The translations under genes and the position numbers were made by a program. The notes under the pieces are model-generated. The model was given only the letters and a program-made list of their open reading frames with translations. It ran no database searches and was not told the DNA's origin. A stretch of DNA of 32,000 nt from Allobaculum fili (lineage in GTDB: Bacteria; Bacillota_I; Bacilli_A; Erysipelotrichales; Erysipelotrichaceae). Location: NCBI RefSeq assembly GCF_020969955.1, contig NZ_JAHDSX010000008.1, positions 30,001-62,000 on the forward strand. Reading direction: 5' to 3'. Positions 24,701 to 32,000 of this stretch are shown here, in pieces; the first letter of the stretch is position 1, and each line of letters opens with the position of its first letter.

Positions 24701-26314
24701 ATGAAACTTAATCTTGAAGGAATTCAGGACCGTAAAGCCTGGGAAGAAAAAGGCTACAACCTGCCTGAATTCAATATCACTGAAGTTCATGAAAACACCC
24801 GTAAAGAGCCGACCTGGATCCATTTCGGTGCCGGAAACCTGTTCAAGGCTTTCCACACCCGTCTGACTCAGGAACTGCTCAACCAGGGCAAAATGGACAA
24901 AGGCATTATTGCCGCTGAAGGTTTCGACTACGAAATCGTTGAAAAAATGAACTGGCCGCACGACAGCCTTTCTCTGGTCGTAACGCTGAAATCCGACGGA
25001 ACCATCGACAAGGACGTTGTGGCTTCCGTTGCTGAATCCCTTGTTCTCGACGAAACAAACAAAGAACAGTTCGATCGTCTCAAGGAAATCTTCAAAGCGC
25101 CTTCCCTGCAGATGGCCAGCTTCACCATTACCGAAAAAGGCTACTCGCTCACCAATGCGAAAGGCGAAATCCTGCCGGCAATCGCTGCAGACTTCGAAAA
25201 TGGCCCGGAAAAAGCCGCTTCCTACCTCGGTAAAGTTACTGCTCTGCTCTACGTTCGCTACCAGAACGGCAAACTCCCCCTGGCTATGGTTTCCATGGAC
25301 AACTGCTCCCATAACGGCGACCGTCTGAAAGATGCCATCCTTGCCTACGCAAAAGCCTGGGTTAAAAACGGCAAAGCCGAACAGGGCTTTGTAGACTACC
25401 TCGAAAACCCGAACATGGTTTCCTTCCCCTGGACCATGATCGACAAAATCACTCCGCGTCCTGACGCTGGCGTAGAAAAAATGCTGGCTGCTGATGCCAT
25501 CGAAGAACTCGAACCGGTTATCACATCCAAGAACACCTACGTTGCTCCGTTCACGAACGCGGAAGAAACCGAATACCTCGTAATCGAAGACTCCTTCCCG
25601 AACGGCCGTCCGGCTCTCGACGAAGGCGGAATCATCTACACCGACCGCGACACGGTTGAAAAAGTAGAAAAGATGAAGGTTACCACCTGTCTGAACCCGC
25701 TGCATACCGCTCTGGCTGTATACGGCTGCCTGCTTGGCTATGACAAGATCAGCGAAGAAATGAAAGACGAAGATCTGACCAAACTGATCTCCGGCATCGG
25801 CTACACCGAAGGTCTGCCTGTAGTTGTAAACCCAGGCGTACTCGATCCGAAAGAATTCATCGATACCGTAATCAACGTTCGTTTCCCGAACCCGTTCATG
25901 CCGGATACTCCGCAGCGTATCGCTACCGATACTTCGCAGAAACTGGCTGTTCGCTTCGGCGAAACCATCAAGTCCTACCTGCGTGAAAACCGCGACCTGA
26001 ACGATCTGAACCTGATTCCGCTCGTACAGGCTGGATGGATTCGTTACCTGATGGGTCTCGATGACAACGGAAACGTCTTCGACCTTTCCCCGGATCCACT
26101 GATTTCTGAAGTGAAGCCGATCGCCGATCAGCTGAGCCTGGAAGAAGATCAGGATGTAGCGTCCATTATCGAACCGCTGCTCAAAAACGAAAAAATCTTT
26201 GGTCTGGATCTGACCGAAACCGTACTCGGCGACAAAGTCGTTGAATACGTAACCGCTCTGACCAACGGCAAAGGCGCAATCCGCAAAACCGTTCACGAAG
26301 CGGTAAACAAGTAA
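24701..26314 (+). CDS. uxuB: mannitol-dehydrogenase-family oxidoreductase, probable fructuronate/D-mannonate oxidoreductase
   Basis: 537 aa. It has a Rossmann-type WIHFGAGNLFKAF and the family motif FTITEKGY. It sits between uxuA and kdgK. Tagaturonate (UxaB-type) specificity cannot be excluded. ATG 24701 follows GAAGG. Confidence 0.8.
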   Translation: MKLNLEGIQDRKAWEEKGYNLPEFNITEVHENTRKEPTWIHFGAGNLFKAFHTRLTQELLNQGKMDKGIIAAEGFDYEIVEKMNWPHDSLSLVVTLKSDGTIDKDVVASVAESLVLDETNKEQFDRLKEIFKAPSLQMASFTITEKGYSLTNAKGEILPAIAADFENGPEKAASYLGKVTALLYVRYQNGKLPLAMVSMDNCSHNGDRLKDAILAYAKAWVKNGKAEQGFVDYLENPNMVSFPWTMIDKITPRPDAGVEKMLAADAIEELEPVITSKNTYVAPFTNAEETEYLVIEDSFPNGRPALDEGGIIYTDRDTVEKVEKMKVTTCLNPLHTALAVYGCLLGYDKISEEMKDEDLTKLISGIGYTEGLPVVVNPGVLDPKEFIDTVINVRFPNPFMPDTPQRIATDTSQKLAVRFGETIKSYLRENRDLNDLNLIPLVQAGWIRYLMGLDDNGNVFDLSPDPLISEVKPIADQLSLEEDQDVASIIEPLLKNEKIFGLDLTETVLGDKVVEYVTALTNGKGAIRKTVHEAVNK

Positions 26315-26358
26315 GTCCGTCAGGATTTTCTGGAACTATCCAGTTGTGATTCAGCATC

Positions 26359-26407
26359 GGGCAAGTCTGAATACCTTCTATTGTGTATACTCTAAGCAGA
26401 CTTGCCC
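26359..26407 (+). other. long hairpin without a U-tract in the uxuB-kdgK spacer
   Basis: Perfect 11-bp stem GGGCAAGTCTG / CAGACTTGCCC with a 27-nt loop. GTCTGAA recurs three times (26364, 26409, 26437) across the spacer. Confidence 0.5.
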
Positions 26408-26458
26408 AGTCTGAATCGATTCCCGGCAATGATCCGGTCTGAAATGAGGTTTATAAAC

Positions 26459-27496
26459 ATGTCCAACAAAGATAAAGTTGTTACTTTTGGCGAACTGATG
26501 CTTCGTCTTGCTCCGGAAGGCTACCTGCGTTTCGTGCAGGCTGACCGTTTCGGAGCAACTTACGGCGGCGGTGAAGCCAATGTAGCTGTATCCCTGGCCA
26601 ACTACGGTCATGATGCGCACTTCGTTACCAAACTCCCTGTTCACGAAATCGGACAGGCTGCAGTAAACTCTCTGCGCAAATACGGTGTAAACACCGAAGA
26701 TATCGTTCGCGGCGGCGATCGCGTAGGTATCTACTTTCTTGAAAAAGGTGCTTCTCAGCGTCCTTCCAAAGTCATCTATGACCGTGCAAACTCCGCTATG
26801 GCGCTTGCTGATCCAGCTGACTTCAACTGGGATGAAATTCTCAAGGACGTTAAATGGTTCCATACGACAGGAATCACGCCTGCTCTTGGCGACAACGCAG
26901 CAGCCATCACCCTGGAAGCTGTTAAGAAATGCCAGGAAAAAGGCATTCCTGTATCCATCGACCTGAACTACCGCAACAAGCTCTGGACAAAAGCCAAAGC
27001 CAATGAAGTTATGTCCGAAATCTGCAAATACGTAAACGTATGCATTGCCAACGAAGAAGATGCAAAAGACGTTTTCGGCATTGAAGCAGAAAACACAGAC
27101 ATCACAAGCGGTGCTCTGAACCACGAAGGCTACATCGATGTAGCGAAAAAAATGAAAGACCAGTTCGGTTTCGACAAAGTTGCGATCACCCTGCGTGAGT
27201 CCATCAACGCCAACCGCAACCTCTGGTCTGCCATGCTCTTCGACGGCAAAACACAAACTCCTGTTTTCTCCAAGAAGTATGACCTGAACATCGTTGACCG
27301 CGTTGGCGGCGGCGACTCCTTCGGCGGCGGCCTCATCCATGCCCTGATGAGCGACTTCGACGATCAGAAGGCAATCGAATTCGCGGTAGCTGCTTCTGCC
27401 CTGAAGCACTCCATCGAAGGCGACTACAACCTTGTCAGCGAAGATGAAGTACTCAAACTCGCTGGCGGAGACGGTTCCGGACGCGTACAGCGCTAA
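26459..27496 (+). CDS. kdgK: 2-dehydro-3-deoxygluconokinase (PfkB family)
   Basis: 345 aa. KVVTFGELMLRLAPEGYLRF...GGGEANVAVSLANYG...DRVGGGDSFGGGLIH is the KdgK/PfkB signature. TAA stop. Confidence 0.9.
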   Translation: MSNKDKVVTFGELMLRLAPEGYLRFVQADRFGATYGGGEANVAVSLANYGHDAHFVTKLPVHEIGQAAVNSLRKYGVNTEDIVRGGDRVGIYFLEKGASQRPSKVIYDRANSAMALADPADFNWDEILKDVKWFHTTGITPALGDNAAAITLEAVKKCQEKGIPVSIDLNYRNKLWTKAKANEVMSEICKYVNVCIANEEDAKDVFGIEAENTDITSGALNHEGYIDVAKKMKDQFGFDKVAITLRESINANRNLWSAMLFDGKTQTPVFSKKYDLNIVDRVGGGDSFGGGLIHALMSDFDDQKAIEFAVAASALKHSIEGDYNLVSEDEVLKLAGGDGSGRVQR

Positions 27497-27963
27497 TTGC
27501 CCGAGCGCAGCGTAAATGGAAGTTTCCACCCTTTCTGTTTCTCATTTGTTAATTTCTCATTTTTCCTTTAATCATCTGCAAGATTTCAATTTAAACCGTC
27601 CGGTTTTGCCCGAACCGACGGCTTGCCCTGGACCAATCTGTCCAATCCTGGTCCGATTCGAAAGCTTACGAAATCTCTTGGATTGATTTTGAAAGCTTTC
27701 TTTGATCTCCTTTTACGAGGGACTTGTCTGACGGCCTGTTCCCTTTTATATAATTTTTCTCCAGGACTTCTTTCGTTTTGAGTGTGCGAAAGAAGTCCTT
27801 TTTGCCTTTGCCCTTCAAAGACGAAAACGGGCGTCCGACTTCTCGCTTTCCAATGAAAAAGCGTGCCGTCCGGCGCCTTTCTGTCTGTTCTTTTAAGGAT
27901 TCAAATATGGATTCGGGATTCTGATCGAATGAGCTGTAGGTCTGCAGCAGCGATATTCGGGTG

Positions 27964-28701
27964 CTACTGCTCTTCATAGGCGGACCATTTACGAACGATC
28001 CAGCCGCTTTTCATTTCGCGCACCGTGTTGAACAAAGCCGTCTGCTCCCTCCATAAATCGAAATCGACGTGCAGACGGCCAAAATACCAGTGCATATAGG
28101 AGACGCTGCGCTGAATTTCATCGAGAAAAGTCGTCAGTTCCATCTCGTTTGGATTGACGCTTTTGATGCCAAGCGAGCGGATGGTAGACAGGTAATAAAC
28201 GGATTGAGACGGTGCGGTATGCGTCAGGATATAATCGACGCAATTTTCGGCCTTTTTCAGATTTTGTCTTGCGTATTCGTATTCCGTCAGACTGGGCATT
28301 TCCTGCGGCCACCAGGAAACGCCTTCCTTTCGAAACGCCTGATCCATGGAATGACCGCCGCCAAAGACAAAAATCCTCACCCCTTCGATCTCATACATTT
28401 CGCTGCGCATCAAATGAAGAACGTTGTCTCGGAGGACGTGAACGTTTCCGTCATACCGCACTTGCGTCGGATAGTCATTGAGCTGATCAAAGTTTTCATG
28501 ATTTCCATCGAGAAAAAGAACTGTATAGTTCTGACTGGCCAGATGATCGTAAAAGGCTTCTTCCCCTTCTCTGTCTTCAGCCCAGAAGCCGACGCCAAAA
28601 TCGCCGCAGACAATCACAGTATCGCCATCGTGTAGAACCGGTTCAATCTGTTCTGTCCATTTGTTCTTTCGCCCATGCGTATCGCCCGTGACATAAATCA
28701 T
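27964..28701 (-). CDS. metallophosphoesterase (calcineurin-like)
   Basis: MIYVTGDTHGR...VIVCGDFG...FLDGNHENF...FGGGHS...ILTHTAP are the metallophosphoesterase metal-binding motifs. ATG 28701 has GGTGGAG 6 nt upstream. Confidence 0.85.
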   Translation of the reverse strand: MIYVTGDTHGRKNKWTEQIEPVLHDGDTVIVCGDFGVGFWAEDREGEEAFYDHLASQNYTVLFLDGNHENFDQLNDYPTQVRYDGNVHVLRDNVLHLMRSEMYEIEGVRIFVFGGGHSMDQAFRKEGVSWWPQEMPSLTEYEYARQNLKKAENCVDYILTHTAPSQSVYYLSTIRSLGIKSVNPNEMELTTFLDEIQRSVSYMHWYFGRLHVDFDLWREQTALFNTVREMKSGWIVRKWSAYEEQ

Positions 28702-28726
28702 AAAAATCTCCACCCGCTGTTTTGTT

Positions 28727-29506
28727 TTATTCTGGATCGATCAGTCCAAAATGCAGAGCGGCTTTTTCAATGCCGTCGTCTTCGACCGCTGCGGTAACAT
28801 AGTCGGCGATTTCTCGAATATGGGGTTCCGCATCGCCCATGGCCACACCGATTCCCGCGCTTTCAACCATTTCAAAATCGTTTTCACCGTCCCCAAACGC
28901 GATCGTCTCGGACGGATCAATGTGCATTTGGCGCAGATACTCAAGAATGCCGGCTTTCTTTCCGCCTTCTTTCGAAACGATATCCATCGCGTAGTCATTC
29001 CAGCGCGTCAGCATGCAGTCCGGCAGTTTAGCGCGCATTTCGTTTTCCATTTCCTTTGGAATAAACGCGATTGCGAGATAAATCGGATTGCCTGTGTATT
29101 CGAGGACTTCCGGAACCGGCGTGGAAATCGCCTTTTGCGCAAAGCGGACGTGATCGTTGACGAAACTGATGTAAATCCTCTCTTTTTCCACGAGAACCAT
29201 CGGAATTTCCTTCGCGTTAAAAAGCTTCAGAATCTTCTCCCTGCTTTCGCCTGTAATGGGATGTTCAAAAAGAACCTGCTTGCCGGCATCGAGAATCAGC
29301 TGCCCATTCAGCAGGATGTAGGCATCAAATTTCATATTTCCGATTTTCAGTGCTTCGTATTCGACCATCGAACGGCCCGAAGCAATGACGCAGTGAATGC
29401 CCTTTTCCTTCATTTTTTCTACCGTGTCCCTGGCAGACTGCGGTACATCATGAAGCTCGTGCGAAAGCAGTGTTCCATCAATATCAAAAAAAGCGGCTTT
29501 TATCAT
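28727..29506 (-). CDS. Cof-type HAD-IIB family phosphatase
   Basis: FFDIDGTLL (motif I), ASGRS (motif II), and FGDGENDFEM...GVAMGDA (motifs III/IV). Confidence 0.9.
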   Translation of the reverse strand: MIKAAFFDIDGTLLSHELHDVPQSARDTVEKMKEKGIHCVIASGRSMVEYEALKIGNMKFDAYILLNGQLILDAGKQVLFEHPITGESREKILKLFNAKEIPMVLVEKERIYISFVNDHVRFAQKAISTPVPEVLEYTGNPIYLAIAFIPKEMENEMRAKLPDCMLTRWNDYAMDIVSKEGGKKAGILEYLRQMHIDPSETIAFGDGENDFEMVESAGIGVAMGDAEPHIREIADYVTAAVEDDGIEKAALHFGLIDPE

Positions 29507-29752
29507 ACATAACTCCTTTATCTTTCGGATTTTCCTGCACGGTTTTCCAGAATATCTGAGGCAGGATCTGTCCGAGAAAACGTGCTGATTGTATTGGAAC
29601 GAACGTTTGTCCTTTCCTAAAAAAGCAGGTGAAAAATTCTGCCGCCATAAAGACGAAAAGAAAACCTGGAATTGTCTTCCAGTTCAAAGCAGAACGGCAA
29701 AACGGCTCGGCTTTTTCTGTATTCCGTTTTGCAGTTCCTTTTCTGTTCCTTC

Positions 29753-29790
29753 TTTTATTTCTTTCCTTTTATTTCTTTCTTATTTCTTTC
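29753..29790. repeat. three tandem copies of (TT)TTATTTCTTTC overlapping the rumA-family stop codon
   Basis: Copies lie at 29753-29765, 29767-29779 and 29780-29790. On the minus strand each reads GAAAGAAATAA(AA), which is the last codons plus TAA of the methyltransferase gene. Confidence 0.6.
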
Positions 29791-31105
29791 GCTTATTGCG
29801 TAAAGACGCTTTATATTCGGCCAGTGCCTTTTCGTACGGATTGAGCTCTCTTGCCGGACGGGATTCCGGTTTTGTATTGCCGCAGGATGGACCCGGCTTT
29901 CTTTGGGCTCTTCCTCCGTTAGCGTTTCCGGCTTTTTCCGGCTTCTTTGCAGCTTTTGGATCTTTCTGAAGCAGTACGAGCGATTCAATGTGACTGGTAT
30001 TTGGGAACATGTCCACCAGCTCAACCGTTTTGGATGTGTAGCCGTTCTGTCTGAAGAAGACCAGATCCCGGACGAGCGTTTTTGGATCGCAGGAAATGTA
30101 GAGAATCTTTTCCGGATTCAGACGGGATGCCGCCTGGATAAAGTCTCTGGTCGTACCGGCACGAGGCGGGTCAAGAATGATCACATCGTAATGGGTATGA
30201 TTGCGGACAGCTTCCTGCATGTAGCGGGTGGAATCCATGGCCAGGAAGCGAATGTTTTCGATTTCGTTGGAATGGGCGTTCAGACGCGCGTTTTCGACCG
30301 CGTCCTTATTGAGTTCAACGCCAGTAACTTCCTTTGCGTCTTCCGCCATGACCAGACCGATCGTTCCGACGCCGCAGTACGTATCGAGAACGGTATCCGT
30401 TTTCTTCAGCTGCAGCATGCTGCGGGCCTTGGTGTACAGTTCCTGACACTGGTCATGGTTGATCTGATAAAACGAAGACGGTCCAAACGTAATTTGCAGA
30501 CCACAGAGAATATCGGTAATCGTTCCAGTTCCGTAAAGAATCAGGGTTTCGTTTTGCAGGACGATGGACGTATCGCGCGGATTGACGTTTTGCAAAATCG
30601 TTTTGATCTGCGGGAATTTTTCACGAAGGGCCCGGACCATATTTTTGCGCGACGGGAATTCCTTGCGCGACGTAACGAAAACGACCATGACCTGATCGGT
30701 TTCCTGTGCGTAGCGAATCAGCACATGCCGGAGCAGACCGGTTCCGGTTTTTGGCGAATACAGTTCGATTTTCATCGAATCGACCAGCTTGGTAATTTCA
30801 TCGAGAATGTCGTTTACCAGCTTTGGCTGCATCGCACATCCGGAAGTGCGGATGACGCGATGGGATTTTGGCGCATACAGGCCGGAATACACTTTCTTAT
30901 TTTTATCCTTGGCAAAGCCGTAAATGACTTTGTTTCGGTAGTACATCGAAGTTTCGGCCATGATCGGCGGCATGGCCGTCATTTTCAGCCGTGCCTGATC
31001 AAGCAGATCCTGTACCTGCTCCTGCTTGAGCTTAGCCTGCTTTTCATATTGAACGTGCAGCAGTTCGCAGCCGCCGCACTGTTTGGAAACGGGACATTTA
31101 AACAT
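29780..31105 (-). CDS. 23S rRNA (uracil-5-)-methyltransferase, RumA/RlmCD family, without TRAM domain and with a 60-aa basic C-terminal tail
   Basis: N-terminal Fe-S cysteines (CPVSKQCGGCELLH ... SGC). SAM-binding motif (LDTYCGVGTIGL, ILDPPRAG). Catalytic region YISCDP. The family normally ends near HIESLVLLQK, but here 60 further residues follow (DPKAAKKPEKAGNANGG...SLRNKRKK). Confidence 0.9.
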   Translation of the reverse strand: MFKCPVSKQCGGCELLHVQYEKQAKLKQEQVQDLLDQARLKMTAMPPIMAETSMYYRNKVIYGFAKDKNKKVYSGLYAPKSHRVIRTSGCAMQPKLVNDILDEITKLVDSMKIELYSPKTGTGLLRHVLIRYAQETDQVMVVFVTSRKEFPSRKNMVRALREKFPQIKTILQNVNPRDTSIVLQNETLILYGTGTITDILCGLQITFGPSSFYQINHDQCQELYTKARSMLQLKKTDTVLDTYCGVGTIGLVMAEDAKEVTGVELNKDAVENARLNAHSNEIENIRFLAMDSTRYMQEAVRNHTHYDVIILDPPRAGTTRDFIQAASRLNPEKILYISCDPKTLVRDLVFFRQNGYTSKTVELVDMFPNTSHIESLVLLQKDPKAAKKPEKAGNANGGRAQRKPGPSCGNTKPESRPARELNPYEKALAEYKASLRNKRKK

Positions 31106-31557
31106 TGGATATTCATCCTTTCCAGATTTGAATCGTTTCTGTCCTGAAGCATAGAAAAAACTGGATGGTCCGAAAAAATGGATGGAGGAATACTAGGCAA
31201 GATTCCTTCCGTTTTCGCCATGCAGTTTGGGGGGATTTCCCCGTTTCTGGGGTTCAGACGATTTTATTTTGACATAGATGCAGAAAATCGAATTCATTTA
31301 GCCCTTTTCTCTGCCGTAACCCGGTCGGAAGACGAGGATGAAACGGTGATCCGACTTTCAATGGCAGGCATTCGTCCGCGTTCTGCCCGGTTTTCGAGTC
31401 AAAACTGTGCACAGAAAGCGATTTAGATCTCGTACTGAATGAGCTCTCTTTTGATCGCACGTTTGGCAAGAAAAAGAACAATTTCCGCCCGGCAATTTAC
31501 CCGTAATTGCCCATTTTGTGACCTATAATGAAAAGAGCGTAAAGGAGGTGATGCCCC

Positions 31558-31647
31558 ATGACAAATGATGATCCGGCCCCTGTTCCTGTCACGACAAATT
31601 CAGGGGCAGAACCTCAGGTCTTTTTCCATCTGTTCAACGATCGATAA
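31558..31647 (+). CDS. candidate 29-aa small ORF / leader peptide
   Basis: AAAGGAGGTG lies 9 nt before the ATG. A perfect TATAAT at 31524-31529 lies upstream. The peptide is MTNDDPAPVPVTTNSGAEPQVFFHLFNDR. No homology recognised. Confidence 0.3.
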   Translation: MTNDDPAPVPVTTNSGAEPQVFFHLFNDR

Positions 31648-31921
31648 ATCCGATCCTTCCTTTTTTCTCTGAAAAATCGCGCATTTTTACGGTCCGGCTG
31701 CCGTTATAATTTTTGAGCCGTCTGGTCTTTTTCCAGCTTTTCGCAAAACGTTTTTCCAGAGGAAAATGAGAATTTTTAATCTTTGCAGCCACGGAAATAC
31801 TTCGTTTCCAGGCAAAATTCCTTTGCGGTATTTCGCCGTGTCTGCTTTTCTTTCCAGATGGATTCTAAACCGACTGACCATTTTGTATTCCCCATGGACC
31901 TTCTGCCCCAAGGAGGTTTTT

Positions 31922-32000
31922 ATGAGCGAAAACGAACGCGTGACGACGACAGAGCCTGCCGTGCGTCCCGATTACGACGTTGAAATCGTGCAGCTGATGG
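31922..32000 (+). CDS. hypothetical protein, N-terminal 26 codons only (runs off the right edge)
   Basis: AAGGAGG lies 6 nt before ATG 31922. The frame is open to the window end (MSENERVTTTEPAVRPDYDVEIVQLM...). Confidence 0.5.
   Translation, partial: MSENERVTTTEPAVRPDYDVEIVQLM

Noticed and set aside
27666-27977. 103-aa basic ORF overlapping the end of the metallophosphoesterase gene
   Set aside because: No SD precedes ATG 27977 (upstream is GGTCCGCCT). The composition is K/R/S-rich and disordered-looking, and no family was recognised. It cannot be excluded as a real small protein, but the support is too weak to call it.
31178-31426. 82-aa plus-strand ORF upstream of the methyltransferase gene
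   Set aside because: No convincing SD, no recognisable motifs, and it is overlapped by an antisense ORF of similar length. It is probably a chance ORF.

Overview
This looks like ordinary chromosome from a Firmicutes/Clostridia-like anaerobe (AGGAGG-type RBSs, roughly 50% GC). No rRNA, tRNA, CRISPR array, transposase or integrase was recognised. The core is a glucuronide/hexuronate catabolic locus. On the minus strand it has a GH2 glycosidase, a GPH-family symporter and eda. On the plus strand it has a GH3 glycosidase and uxaC. An AraC-type regulator sits divergent from uxuA, a uxuB-like reductase and kdgK. Other units are a phosphate module (small membrane ORF, Na/Pi cotransporter, OmpR-type regulator, PhoR-like kinase, with Pho-box-like repeats upstream), a MerR/alpha-beta-hydrolase divergent pair, a HAD phosphatase, a metallophosphoesterase, a RumA-family rRNA methyltransferase, and a large TIR-like/Sel1/TPR protein gene. 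I did not find a clear new multi-gene system. The most unusual observations are: (1) the TIR-like/Sel1/TPR frame continues through two in-frame TGA codons; (2) the MerR gene carries an in-frame TAA; (3) a 1.8 kb ORF-less, repeat-rich divergent spacer lies between GH2 and GH3 and contains an orphan minus-strand terminator; (4) a degenerate heptanucleotide tandem array; (5) long, structured intergenic spacers throughout, so coding density is only about three quarters. All functional calls rest on remembered family motifs, not on database searches.
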